The notes beneath the pieces were generated by a model that saw nothing but the letters and a program-made list of their open reading frames with translations, was not told the DNA's origin and ran no database searches. Below, piece by piece: positions 37,079 to 46,527 of a stretch of 64,000 nucleotides of DNA. Position 1 is the first letter of the stretch, and the number at the start of each line of letters is the position of its first letter. The stretch comes from Candidatus Microgenomates bacterium (GTDB lineage Bacteria > Patescibacteriota > Microgenomatia > JACQLA01), in the NCBI GenBank assembly GCA_016204255.1, contig JACQLA010000006.1:3038-67037 (forward strand). Direction: 5' to 3'. The position numbers were made by a program, and so were the translations under genes.

Positions 37079-39058
37079 TCAGATTTTAACCTTGGCGAAG
37101 GCCAGTTTTTCTTCGTCTAATTTTTTCTCCACTGGCGCGGATTCCTCTAATTCACCGTCTTTCATCAATTTTTCAAACTCATCACCTTCTAAAGTCTCTT
37201 TTTCCAAAAGCTCCCTGGAAACCATATCCAGTTTAGTCTTAAGATGTTTTAGGATTTTCTCGGCCCTCTCATAAGCATCGTCGAGAATCTTTTTAACCTC
37301 AGAGTCCACTTTCGAGGCCATTTCTGGCGAAACCTGCGAAGGCTCCATCCACATCTTCCCACTTTCTCCTGCCCCATATTGAGGTCCTAAGCTAACTGGG
37401 CCAAGATCAGACATTCCGTATTCAATCACCATCGCCCGGGCAATATCAGTGGCTTTTTGAATATCAGAGGCCGCACCGGCAGTTAATTCATTAAACTCTA
37501 ATTTTTCCGCCGCCCGCCCTCCTAATAAAGAAGCGATCTGTTCTAAAAGTCGCGAGCGAGTTTCGGTATAACGATCCTGGGTTGGTGGAATTAAAGTAAA
37601 TCCTAAAGCAAACCCCCGGGAAACAATCGAAATGCGATGAACCGGATCCATATGGGGTAATTCGTGGGTAACAATTGCGTGTCCCGCCTCATGATAGGCC
37701 GTCATCTTTTTATCTAAATCAGACTGAATACGCTTCTTCTGAGGTCCAAGTTTGACTTTTGTTGCCGCCTCCTCAAGATCCGACATGTCGATAGCGGTTT
37801 TATTTAAGCTGGCCGCTAAAATGGCTGCCTCATTGAGCATATTTTCCAGATCGGCGCCGGAGAACCCAACTGTTCTTTTAGCAACCTTTTCCCAGTCAAC
37901 GGCCGACTCCATCGGTTTCCCTCTTTGATGAATTTTTAAAATTGCTTTTCTTCCCTCGATATCGGGTAAATCCAATGTAATCCGTCTGTCAAAACGCCCG
38001 GGGCGTAACAGGGCCGAATCTAAAAGATCGGGTCGATTGGTAGCCGCGGCCACAATTATCTGAGTATTTGGTTCAAAACCGTCCATCTCTACCAGAATCT
38101 GGTTTAAAGTTTGTTCTCTTTCATCATGAGACGTGATTCCTCCGGGGGAACGAGCCCGCCCAATCGACTCAATTTCATCAATAAAAATAATTGCCGGGGC
38201 ATTCTTTTTGGCGGTGGAAAAAAGGTCGCGGACACGGGAAGCCCCCACACCCACTAGCATTTCCATAAATTCCGATCCGGCCATAGAGAAAAACGGCACC
38301 CCTGCCTCTCCCGCCAAAGCCCGAGCCAAAAGGGTCTTCCCTACTCCAGGTGGTCCCAAAAGCAAAAGTCCTTTAGGAGTCCGCGCGCCCAGGGCCCGAT
38401 ATTTTCCCGGATTTTTCAAGAAATCGACCACTTCGGTTAACTCTTTTTTGGCCTCATCAACTCCAGCCACATCAGCAAATGTTGTCCGAGGAGTATCCTT
38501 GGAAAATAGTTTGGCACGCGACTGGCCGAAAGAAAAAATTGATTCCTGGGCGCCGCGGGCTTGTCGAAAAAGGAAAAGAAAGAAAAGGACCATTAGTAAA
38601 AGGGGCAGAAAATTACCCAAAATCGAAAACCAGATCCGGCCGCTTGAGGTGTCTTTAACCTCAATTTCCACCTTTTTAGGATCAACATCAGCGGCTTTAA
38701 AGGCTTCAAAAACGCTGGAGCCTTCCTCTTTTCGTGAAGTAAAGATCTGCTCGTCCTTATACTTAACCGTCAGCTTGGCTTCCTCAACCTCGATTTTTTG
38801 TACCTTGTCATTTTTAACATCGGATAAAACCTGACTAAAAGGAATTTCTTTCCTCTCATCTTGTACCCGGGCGAAAGAAAAAAAGAAAGAAATACCTAAA
38901 AAGATTAGAAGAAGATAGAGAAGGATTCGTTTAAAATCGAGGCGAACCTGATATTTCTTAATGATTTTCTTACGATTAATTTTTGGAAAAATTTTTTCCT
39001 CATTGGGCATTTTTTCTTTATTATACCGACTATAGGCAAAGCATAATTGATAAACCAA
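37079..39058 (-). CDS. ftsH: ATP-dependent zinc metalloprotease FtsH
   Basis: Walker A GPPGVGKT, Walker [12 protein letters not shown] region, HEAGHA zinc motif, two N-terminal TM helices. The true start is probably MPNEEK at about 39007. Confidence 0.95.
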   Translation of the reverse strand: MVYQLCFAYSRYNKEKMPNEEKIFPKINRKKIIKKYQVRLDFKRILLYLLLIFLGISFFFSFARVQDERKEIPFSQVLSDVKNDKVQKIEVEEAKLTVKYKDEQIFTSRKEEGSSVFEAFKAADVDPKKVEIEVKDTSSGRIWFSILGNFLPLLLMVLFFLFLFRQARGAQESIFSFGQSRAKLFSKDTPRTTFADVAGVDEAKKELTEVVDFLKNPGKYRALGARTPKGLLLLGPPGVGKTLLARALAGEAGVPFFSMAGSEFMEMLVGVGASRVRDLFSTAKKNAPAIIFIDEIESIGRARSPGGITSHDEREQTLNQILVEMDGFEPNTQIIVAAATNRPDLLDSALLRPGRFDRRITLDLPDIEGRKAILKIHQRGKPMESAVDWEKVAKRTVGFSGADLENMLNEAAILAASLNKTAIDMSDLEEAATKVKLGPQKKRIQSDLDKKMTAYHEAGHAIVTHELPHMDPVHRISIVSRGFALGFTLIPPTQDRYTETRSRLLEQIASLLGGRAAEKLEFNELTAGAASDIQKATDIARAMVIEYGMSDLGPVSLGPQYGAGESGKMWMEPSQVSPEMASKVDSEVKKILDDAYERAEKILKHLKTKLDMVSRELLEKETLEGDEFEKLMKDGELEESAPVEKKLDEEKLAFAKVKI

Positions 39059-39153
39059 TTACACAAGCTAAAGTGTATAATCTCCGCTTTTTCTATCTCA
39101 AGTATAGCATAACTAAGCTGGGGAAACAAGAAAAACAGAGGCTAGAAACTGCT

Positions 39154-39863
39154 CTAGAAAAAACCAGATGCGGTGGTGTTTAAAATTGACTCATCCTCAA
39201 GTTTTTTACTGTTTTTTACTAAAATTAGCTGACCGCGGCGCGAAATAATCCCCTTCTTTTCCAGCTTTTTCATTTCCAGACTAACCGTTTCTCTGGTAAA
39301 CCCTATAAGGGCGGCTATATCCTTATGAGTTAAGGGGACGCTAATTTTAGTTTTCCCTCCCTCCTGTCTACCGAAACGCTGTGCGCAAATTGCCAGGATT
39401 GAGGCCACTTTTTGATGAGCGTTACCGAAAACTAAATACTCCATTCGCTCTAAAAGCCCACCCAAACGAACCGTAATCCGACTGGTTAACTCAAACAGAA
39501 TATCCGGATTCGCTTTAATAAAATCGAGGAATTGGTTTCGGGAAACTCGCCAGAGTTCAACCGCAGTCATCGCCTCCAAATAATAAGGTGTGCGGGTTTC
39601 ATTTATGGCCCACATTATAGGAAAAAAGTCCCCTGCCTTAAAAATAATGAGGGTTAACTCTTCACCTTCTTGAGAAAAAGAGCATAAAGACGAACGTAAC
39701 CTTTATGAAGATAAAAAATACCCTGGGGAGAATCTTCGGGACGACGGATAATCGCCTTCTCTTTATAATGGAGAAGTTGAAATTGGGAAAAAAAGTCGGC
39801 CAGTTTTTGACGTGATCCCTTATCCATCACCCGAATAATATCACGACTGTCAAATGTAATCAA
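39154..39863 (-). pseudogene. Crp/Fnr-family transcription regulator, frameshifted in a T5 run
   Basis: ORF 39654-39863 carries the start of a cNMP-binding barrel (..GIFYLHKGYVRLYAL). The next frame continues ..SQEGEELTLIIFKAGDFFPIMWAINE.. into ORF 39154-39615, which carries the HTH TRETVSLEMKKLEKKGII. The switch point is the homopolymer at plus 39675-39679. Confidence 0.7.
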
Positions 39864-39890
39864 TCTAACAATTCCATTGTAATCTAGGCC

Positions 39891-39929
39891 TGTAATATTT
39901 ATTACACTTCAAAAGTAATTTCCATTACT
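39891..39929. promoter_or_regulatory. two palindromes upstream of the Crp/Fnr gene: TGTAATATTTATTACA and AGTAATTTCCATTACT
   Basis: 39891-39906 has TGTAA-N6-TTACA symmetry, like CRP-type sites. 39914-39929 has 6-bp arms. The centres are 23 bp apart, 28-66 bp upstream of the regulator start. Confidence 0.4.
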
Positions 39930-40176
39930 GCAAGGGCCAACAAATATGGAATATAGTGGGATCTATGCAAATCGCTTTTATTGAAGAAAAAATTGAAAAC
40001 GAAACAACCCTAGCCACCTGTACTTCTCCGGTAGAAGAGAAAGAAGGAAACTTACAATACATCAGTGTGGGAACAAAAATCTTTGAAGTGTGGAAAGAAC
40101 CGTTTTCGAGTCAGATACATATTTTACTCTAAAACTATGCGTTCTTTTTCGCGATCTCCCTAGAAGTTTGCCTTTC

Positions 40177-41175
40177 TTACTGAGAAACCAGACCCATGGC
40201 CCGGCGGGCAAGTTTAAGAGTTTCACAAGCTTGGAGTCGGGCTTTTTGGGTTCCTTCTTTTAAAATTTGTTCAAGTATCTGTGGATCTTTTTCAAATTCT
40301 GCCCGTTTTTTGCGAATCGGATCTAAAAACTCATTTAAGGCAACAGCAAGTTTTTGTTTAACTTCAATATCTCCCACTTTCCCCTCTTGATATCGCTTTT
40401 TTAAATCTTCCACTTCTGCTTTATTTTGATTAAAAACTTCGTGATAGATAAAAACCGGGTTCTCCTCTACATGACCTGGGTCTGTCGGATGAATACGGGT
40501 TGGGTCGGTATACATTTTTCCTACTTTTTCTTCAACGGTTTTTGAATCATCGGATAAGTAAATACAGTTCCCCACGGATTTAGACATCTTGGCTTTCCCG
40601 TCTGTTCCAGGCAAAGTTGGTACTTCACCGATTAAGGTTTCAGGGATGGGAAAAGTCTCGCCATAAAGTTCGTTAAAGCGTTTGGCAATTTCCCGCGTTA
40701 CCTCAAGGTGGGATGATTGATCTTTCCCTACCGGAACAAGATTGGCCCTAACCATTAAAATATCCGCGGCCTGCAGAACCGGATAGGATAAAAGTCCCAA
40801 AGAAGCGTTTTCAATTTTCAAATCCCGCATCACCTCTTTTAACGTCGGCACTCGTTGTAACCGAGAAACAGAGATGAGCATCGAAAATAGTAGTGCCAAT
40901 TCCGCAACTTCTGGCACACCTGATTGGAGGTAAATGACCGCTTTTTGAGGATCGATTCCAACCGAAAGATAGTCCAAAACTAAATCGCGGATATTTTGCT
41001 CAAGACCCTGGATTTTTTCTTTTTCCGGAGCGGTGGTTAACGTATGATAATCGGCAATGATAAAAAAACACTCATAATCATCCTGCAGCTTCACCCGATT
41101 TTTGAGTGAACCTACATAATGACCTAAATGGAGCTTTCCCGTTGGTCGATCCCCAGTGAGAATCTTTTTTTTCAT
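40177..41175 (-). CDS. trpS: tryptophan--tRNA ligase
   Basis: 332 aa with class I motifs HLGHYVG (HIGH) and KMSKS; TrpRS length. Confidence 0.95.
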   Translation of the reverse strand: MKKKILTGDRPTGKLHLGHYVGSLKNRVKLQDDYECFFIIADYHTLTTAPEKEKIQGLEQNIRDLVLDYLSVGIDPQKAVIYLQSGVPEVAELALLFSMLISVSRLQRVPTLKEVMRDLKIENASLGLLSYPVLQAADILMVRANLVPVGKDQSSHLEVTREIAKRFNELYGETFPIPETLIGEVPTLPGTDGKAKMSKSVGNCIYLSDDSKTVEEKVGKMYTDPTRIHPTDPGHVEENPVFIYHEVFNQNKAEVEDLKKRYQEGKVGDIEVKQKLAVALNEFLDPIRKKRAEFEKDPQILEQILKEGTQKARLQACETLKLARRAMGLVSQ

Positions 41176-41201
41176 ACTTTCTATTCTAGCATAGTAAAAG
41201 T

Positions 41202-41978
41202 TTATCTTCCTCCCGCTGCTTGCCTCGATCTCAATGTGGAAACGACTTTATTATACCGGATTCCCCTCATCAATTTTTCAAGACCCGGACGCATAAATAA
41301 GTGCCTAGCTGAAACATCAAAACCGGCCTTTTTGCCCATATATTCATAATACATGGCTAGCGTGTCGTCTGAACTTCGCATTCCTGGATTTCCGAAGTAA
41401 ATTAAATCAAAACGGCCCTTTTTAACGCGGTCACTGACCATTAACTTAAAGACCTTCTCGGCCTGCTTGGCTTTTAGTCTTTCAAGACTCATTTCTTTCC
41501 TTACATCTCCGTTTTCAATCGTCACACTAATTGCAGCCTGAATTTCGTTAATTTCGGAAATCAACCTACGAGCCCTAAAATGCGGCTCCTCCGCCTGAGT
41601 CCGATCGGGCTTACCAATTAGCATCAACATATTGCCTTCGTAATTGGCCCGCAAAGCTTTTAGATGAGTTCGCGTGGTGTAATTTATCCGTTTGAAAGTA
41701 ATGAGCACTTGTGCTTGTGAATAATCATGCAGTTCGTCTTGGGGATCACCGGAAAGAACTATCGTTACACCTATTGAATGGTCACCATTACCTCTTAATT
41801 CTAGCGCCCGAATTATACGGCTTGCTTTATCTAAATGAATTTGGTCCAAACGATCTTTTGGACGAAGACCGCGTTTTGTGGTAGCAACCTCTCGATCTAA
41901 AAGATCGATTTCAGCACCCAATTTTACACTGGCGGGGATAGCTTTTTCTTGTCTTTCCATAGAGGGGTATTTTAACAC
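41202..41978 (-). CDS. hypothetical protein
   Basis: 258 aa, no TM segment, no domain recognised. The likely start is MERQEK at about 41960. Lies between the atypical tRNA and trpS on the same strand. Confidence 0.5.
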   Translation of the reverse strand: MLKYPSMERQEKAIPASVKLGAEIDLLDREVATTKRGLRPKDRLDQIHLDKASRIIRALELRGNGDHSIGVTIVLSGDPQDELHDYSQAQVLITFKRINYTTRTHLKALRANYEGNMLMLIGKPDRTQAEEPHFRARRLISEINEIQAAISVTIENGDVRKEMSLERLKAKQAEKVFKLMVSDRVKKGRFDLIYFGNPGMRSSDDTLAMYYEYMGKKAGFDVSARHLFMRPGLEKLMRGIRYNKVVSTLRSRQAAGGR

Positions 41979-42027
41979 AAAGGGGACTCAAAAAACGAAT
42001 CTAAAGTTCTCTTTTACTCCAATAGTG

Positions 42028-42097
42028 TTGCGGGGCTAGGAGTCGCACCTAGTCTACGAGATTATGAGCCTCGTGTGCAGCTATACACTACCCCGCG
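42028..42097 (-). tRNA. atypical tRNA with CAU anticodon, initiator-like C1/A72 mismatch
   Basis: Hand-folded 70-nt cloverleaf. Acceptor CGCGGGG/CCCCGCA, D arm GUGU-AUAGCU-GCAC, anticodon arm CGAGG-CUCAUAA-UCUCG, variable loop UAGA, T arm CUAGG-UGCGACU-CCUAG, discriminator A. Promoter TTGATT-17-TATACT at 42146-42118. Confidence 0.55.
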
Positions 42098-42117
42098 CAA
42101 CAAATTTTGCGCTTAAA

Positions 42118-42161
42118 AGTATACCAAAATTATTGAAAACAATCAATTATTCTGGTAAGAT
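42118..42161. promoter_or_regulatory. overlapping divergent promoters for the two CAU tRNAs
   Basis: Minus strand: TTGATT (42146-42141)-17-TATACT (42123-42118). Plus strand: TTGAAA (42133-42138)-17-TAAGAT (42156-42161). Confidence 0.45.
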
Positions 42162-42168
42162 TGGCGAT

Positions 42169-42242
42169 GGCAGGGTAGCTCAGTTGGTTAGAGCGGAGGA
42201 ATCATAACCCTCAGGTCGTGGGTTCGATCCCCACCCCTGCTA
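42169..42242 (+). tRNA. tRNA with CAU anticodon (elongator Met, or Ile2 if lysidinylated)
   Basis: Canonical 74-nt cloverleaf. GGCAGGG, D arm GCUC-AGUUGGUUA-GAGC, anticodon loop AUCAUAA, T arm GUGGG-UUCGAUC-CCCAC, acceptor 3' strand CCCUGCU, discriminator A. No encoded CCA. Confidence 0.85.
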
Positions 42243-42300
42243 CGAATGGGACGAAATCTTTTCAAAAAAAGAGTTGCCATCCTTCGATTCTACTCAGGGG

Positions 42301-42633
42301 CTAAAAGAAAAGTCTTAGCCATTTTTTCCAGTTAGGTAAAGCGACTTCGGAGGCTGAGGTTGTTGATTCAAACGGGGGTAAAATTATCATTGTTTCTCCC
42401 GGTTTTCCCAAATTGAGTTTTTCCCTGGCTTCTTTTTCAACAAATTCCGGTGTCTGACTGAATTCTAATTGCTTTTTAAGTTCTTCACCCCGTTGCTCCT
42501 GGGCCACTCTTTTTCTTTCAGCCTCTTTAACCATTTCGGTTTTTTGCCACAGACTATAAGTACTTTTGGTTAAACTAGAGATAAGGTAGAGACCGACTAG
42601 CAGAATTATTCCAGTTAGAAGGCGATTTTTCAT
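42301..42633 (-). CDS. septum formation initiator FtsB/DivIC-like protein
   Basis: 110 aa. N-terminal TM helix, coiled coil, and AREKLNLGKPGETMIIL, typical of DivIC/FtsB. Confidence 0.65.
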   Translation of the reverse strand: MKNRLLTGIILLVGLYLISSLTKSTYSLWQKTEMVKEAERKRVAQEQRGEELKKQLEFSQTPEFVEKEAREKLNLGKPGETMIILPPFESTTSASEVALPNWKKWLRLFF

Positions 42634-42735
42634 TTTTTAGCACCTTTATCCTGATTGACATTTAACCTTTTATTTGTTATTATAGGATCCACTTAAAAGG
42701 GTTTTTTATACCTTTAAGCTACTGAAAGAACTTTT

Positions 42736-43599
42736 ATGGCAGACAATTTAAGCCTTGAGGAAGCTCATAAACGTTTCCTCGCTTTTTTAAAAGAGAATCG
42801 ACGCGCCAATGCCACCATTTTAGCATATGGTAAGGATATCGAACAATTAACTACTTTCCTCACCGCCCAAGGAAAAAAAGATATTGTAGAAATCACTCGT
42901 CAGGATCTGGAAGCCTTTTTGGATAAAATCCGTAAAGAAGGATATACTCTTAAATCAGTTTCCCGAAAGCTGAATTCTCTTAAAACTTTTTACCGCTTTT
43001 TAAGGGGCGCTAATTTAATTGCCGAAGACCCCTCTCTTTTAATTGCCCATCCTAAATACGAAGTTAAACCTCCGCGTATTCTTTCAAGAATGGAGTATCG
43101 GGCGTTAAGAGATGCCTGCCGGGACGACATCCGAATTTCAGCTGTAGTTGAATTGCTTTTGCAAACCGGGATGAGAATCGGAGAGCTTGCTAATTTAGAA
43201 CTAGAGGATGTTAAGGGAAACGAACTTTATATCAAACCTTATGAAAGCCATGAAGGCCGAACTGTTCCCTTGAATAAAGCGGCCAAGCAGGCGTTGGATA
43301 GATATTTGACCGCCAGGCCCAAAGGAAGCAATAACACGTTGTTTGTTACAAAAACGGGTCGCCCCCTTCTTATTCGGAATATTCGTACCGCAATTGATCG
43401 TTACTTCCGACTAGCCGGAATTAAGGATGCCAAAGTCAATGACTTGCGCCACACTTTTATTGCTCAACACCTAATAGCAGGGACACCGCTTACCACAATT
43501 TCCAAACTCGTTGGACACAAAAGACTTTCTACCACCGAAAAATACCTCGATCTAATCAAGGAAAAAGGTGAAGAAAGCGTTAAGTTAGAAGAGCTTTAA
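42736..43599 (+). CDS. tyrosine recombinase XerC/XerD-like
   Basis: 287 aa. N-terminal SAM-like domain and catalytic residues in TGMRIGELANLE, NDLRHTFIAQHL and GHKRLSTTEKY. Confidence 0.85.
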   Translation: MADNLSLEEAHKRFLAFLKENRRANATILAYGKDIEQLTTFLTAQGKKDIVEITRQDLEAFLDKIRKEGYTLKSVSRKLNSLKTFYRFLRGANLIAEDPSLLIAHPKYEVKPPRILSRMEYRALRDACRDDIRISAVVELLLQTGMRIGELANLELEDVKGNELYIKPYESHEGRTVPLNKAAKQALDRYLTARPKGSNNTLFVTKTGRPLLIRNIRTAIDRYFRLAGIKDAKVNDLRHTFIAQHLIAGTPLTTISKLVGHKRLSTTEKYLDLIKEKGEESVKLEEL

Positions 43600-43684
43600 A
43601 ACCAACTCACCTCAAGTAATTTCCTAAATTTCCAGCTTTGCTATCCTAAGATATCTTTGGTAAAATTCGGGTGTGGATTTTATT

Positions 43685-43756
43685 GCGTCCGTAGCTCAGT
43701 GGTAGAGCGCTACTCTTATAAAGTAGATGTCCTTGGTTCGAACCCAAGCGGACGCA
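43685..43756 (+). tRNA. tRNA-Ile with UAU anticodon
   Basis: 72-nt cloverleaf. GCGUCCG, D arm GCUC-AGUGGUA-GAGC, anticodon arm CUACU-CUUAUAA-AGUAG (34-36 = UAU), variable loop AUGUC, T arm CUUGG-UUCGAAC-CCAAG, acceptor 3' strand CGGACGC, discriminator A. Promoter TTGCTA-17-TAAAAT at 43638-43666. Confidence 0.85.
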
Positions 43757-46096
43757 CTAAAGTTTTGCTCTTTGAGTGATTTCGGCCTCTACCAATTGTG
43801 CATCGCGACCATATTTTAGAGCCGAAAGCCGTCGAATCGCCTCTGACAACTTGGGGTTCCTTCGTTTTTCTTCCTCAACCAGATTTTTAGTCAAGTCCAA
43901 AGAAAATGGTGTTACCGGCTCATTATCAACAATGGTTTTAATATAGGCATTAAAGCGTTCAACGTTGATCAAATCCGTTTCGGAAAAAACTGGCTGAAAC
44001 TCGTGCTGAAGATAATTAGCATCGGTTACTCCAACCCGGAAAGTGATTAGGGTTCCCACATTACCAAAAACAGCATTTTTTACCTCTTCTTCCATTTGCC
44101 CGATAAACTGGTTGGCCACCGTAATATTAAGGTGATATTTTCGGGCCTCAGAAAGCATGGTGGCAAAATCAGGAGTGGCAAAATTTTGAAACTCATCAAC
44201 ATAAAGATAGAAGTCGCTTCTTTGCGCCTCCGGCACATCCTGACGAGACATGGCCGCCACTAAAAGTTTGGGGACCAAAACCAAACCAAGAAATGATGAG
44301 TTCTCTTCGCCGATTTTGCCTTTAGCCAAATTAATCAAAAGGATTTTCCTCTCATCCATAACTTTACGGAAATTAAAGGCCGATTTTGATTGGCCGATAA
44401 TATTTCTCATCATTTTATTGGTCACAAAGCGGCCGAATTTGGAAACGATGTAGTCCAAAACTTCGGATTTATGAAAATCAGCGGTCTGAGCAATTTGGTC
44501 TGTCCAGTAGCGGCGAATAATCGGGTCCTGAATCTTGGGCAAAAGCTCCTGAACGTAAGTGGAGTCCGTTAAACAACGAACAACTTCAACAAAAGTGCTC
44601 CCCGGCTCGTACATGACGGTTAACATCGCGTTGCGGATAGCGTGCTCAAAGCGGGGACCGATAATCCCGGTTTTATAGGGATCGTAAAGTTTATACATTA
44701 GCCCCACGATTGAGGAAACCACATAGTGTTTCTGTTCCTCAGTTTCGGCCTCAAGCATGTTTAAACCCATCGGTCGTTGAGTATCAGATGGATCAAAATA
44801 GATAACATCCTCTGCTCTTTCCGGCGGAATAAGCTCCAGGAGTTTCTCGATCGTATCATGCGGGTCAATAAAACAAACGCCATCGCCATTTTTAATATCC
44901 TGTAGAATCATTTCTTTTAAAAGTTCTGATTTCCCGACACCGGTTTTTCCGATGATATAAAGATGCCTGCGGCGATCATCAGTATCGATATAAACCGGAC
45001 GGGTGATTCCCCGATAAGTGCTTTTACCCAAATAAAGACCTTTTTCCGGAATTTGAGACGGAGCCGGAGCGCGTTTAGCATTGAGCCAGAAAATATGGGG
45101 GGTTTCAATAGCCTTATTGGGAAAATGAAAAATCGTTGCCAACTCTTCCGTGTTTAAGATTGATTCTTTATTGAAAAAAGAAAAACTGGGCAGGTAGCGA
45201 TAAATAAAATCGATCATGAAGGCCTTTTTAAAAAGATTGCGTTTTTTCTTAAGGCTATTCAGATCGCTTGAAAATTGGCTGAAAGTGCTGGACAAATTAG
45301 ACAAATGGCTTTTGGCTGCTTCCATCGAGGAGGACGAAACAACTAAACGAATTTCAGTTATAAACCCGGGTTTTTGGCACTTTTCGTCAATCGCTTCCAA
45401 AACCTTGGGATCCACGGAAAATTTTGCTTTTTCCGGATCGGCCTCTTGTTTTTTGGTTTTAGAAACATAAGCCTTGCCGGCAGCCCGCCACTTACTGGAA
45501 GCCGGAGTTATAAGAATCTGTATTACCGCTCCCTCCCCCTGGCCCATTTTGGCCAAAACGCTGGTAACCGCTGAAAGAGGATCAGTCGGAATATTTTTGT
45601 AAACTTTTAGCGGATAATAATTAGACGAGCCTAGGGCAAATGAAGCAAAGGCCACTTGACCATCTTCTGAGAAGATATTATACTCGTCCACTTCTTGGAT
45701 ATCCGCGCCCGGATAAGCACCGTGAATCTGCTTTTCTACTAAATCTTTCAAGTGTATCGGGCAGTTAATATAGAAACGGATGTCCTGGGGTCGGCCAACG
45801 ATCTCAAAAGATAGTGAATCAGAGGGTGAAAGAAAAGAAAAAAATCCTCCTTTTTTGATCGAAGAGAAAGCACCAAACATCTGTTCAGCGGCATCAATCT
45901 TAACCTCGTTTTCCCGGGGAACAGCAATTTGAAGCAAAACAGAATCCAAAGATTTTTCTTCGCGCGTCCGGTTTCTCCACCATAGAAAAAACAGATAAAG
46001 AAACCCCCCCGAAATCAATAATGTAAAAATTATAATGAGGGAAACTATTAAAAAAACCGTGGCCGCATAAGTCAAATCATTAAAAACTGTGCTCAT
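43757..46096 (-). CDS. VirD4/TraG/TraD-like P-loop coupling ATPase with N-terminal membrane anchor
   Basis: 779 aa. TM segment, about 300 aa of an unknown domain, then GKTGVGKS (Walker A), FIDPHD, LYVDEFQNF (Walker B) and TVANQF. Confidence 0.6.
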   Translation of the reverse strand: MSTVFNDLTYAATVFLIVSLIIIFTLLISGGFLYLFFLWWRNRTREEKSLDSVLLQIAVPRENEVKIDAAEQMFGAFSSIKKGGFFSFLSPSDSLSFEIVGRPQDIRFYINCPIHLKDLVEKQIHGAYPGADIQEVDEYNIFSEDGQVAFASFALGSSNYYPLKVYKNIPTDPLSAVTSVLAKMGQGEGAVIQILITPASSKWRAAGKAYVSKTKKQEADPEKAKFSVDPKVLEAIDEKCQKPGFITEIRLVVSSSSMEAAKSHLSNLSSTFSQFSSDLNSLKKKRNLFKKAFMIDFIYRYLPSFSFFNKESILNTEELATIFHFPNKAIETPHIFWLNAKRAPAPSQIPEKGLYLGKSTYRGITRPVYIDTDDRRRHLYIIGKTGVGKSELLKEMILQDIKNGDGVCFIDPHDTIEKLLELIPPERAEDVIYFDPSDTQRPMGLNMLEAETEEQKHYVVSSIVGLMYKLYDPYKTGIIGPRFEHAIRNAMLTVMYEPGSTFVEVVRCLTDSTYVQELLPKIQDPIIRRYWTDQIAQTADFHKSEVLDYIVSKFGRFVTNKMMRNIIGQSKSAFNFRKVMDERKILLINLAKGKIGEENSSFLGLVLVPKLLVAAMSRQDVPEAQRSDFYLYVDEFQNFATPDFATMLSEARKYHLNITVANQFIGQMEEEVKNAVFGNVGTLITFRVGVTDANYLQHEFQPVFSETDLINVERFNAYIKTIVDNEPVTPFSLDLTKNLVEEEKRRNPKLSEAIRRLSALKYGRDAQLVEAEITQRAKL

Positions 46097-46527
46097 TAAG
46101 CTTTAATCCTGTGATGAAAAATTTTAATTTGTCTAAAACACCATGTCGCCAACCAGGTAACAGAGTCTATTATTTTATGATGAAGGGCTTTTTTAATCTG
46201 ATCTTCTGTTAATGGTAGACTAACCAAACCCGTAGGTTCAGTTGTTACCGGCACGGCCTCAGCAGCCTCAATCATCCCCGCTTCTTTATCCTGAGGCGAT
46301 AACTCAACCTCCTCATGCAAATGTTCAACCCCCGCTTCTTGCAGTTCGGAAGTAATTTCCGGCCGCTCTTCCGTTCTTTTAAGATAAGGTGTAGGAGGCT
46401 GCATCTCTTTTTCCCGGCCCATGCTTAACGCCGAAGGTTGAGAGGGCTGATTTTTGTCCGTTGATTGCTGATCTAAAGGCAGGTCGTCCATTGAGCTAAT
46501 TTTACAACTTGCAGAGAGCCTTTTCAA
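46096..46527 (-). CDS. hypothetical acidic protein with C-terminal hydrophobic helix
   Basis: 143-aa ORF; the real start is probably MDDLPLDQ. Its stop overlaps the ATPase start (TAATG). Confidence 0.4.
   Translation of the reverse strand: MKRLSASCKISSMDDLPLDQQSTDKNQPSQPSALSMGREKEMQPPTPYLKRTEERPEITSELQEAGVEHLHEEVELSPQDKEAGMIEAAEAVPVTTEPTGLVSLPLTEDQIKKALHHKIIDSVTWLATWCFRQIKIFHHRIKA

Noticed and set aside
38133-38834. 233-aa plus-strand ORF inside ftsH
   Set aside because: It is antisense to the highly conserved AAA+ domain of FtsH. The product is low-complexity and Ser/Pro/Arg-rich, typical of a shadow ORF. No start context.
39965-40132. 55-aa plus-strand ORF (MQIAFIEEKIENETT...) in the 313-nt gap between the Crp gene and trpS
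   Set aside because: It is below the ORF-track cutoff, has only a weak GGGA SD, and has no recognisable family. It could be real but I cannot support it.
42736-43599. The tyrosine recombinase as a phage/ICE integrase marking a genomic island at tRNA-Met/tRNA-Ile
   Set aside because: The sequence looks like a chromosomal XerC/D (SAM-like N-domain, canonical R..HxxR..Y). I could not find a duplicated tRNA 3' segment (att) by eye. It is kept only as a weak possibility in the VirD4-like finding.
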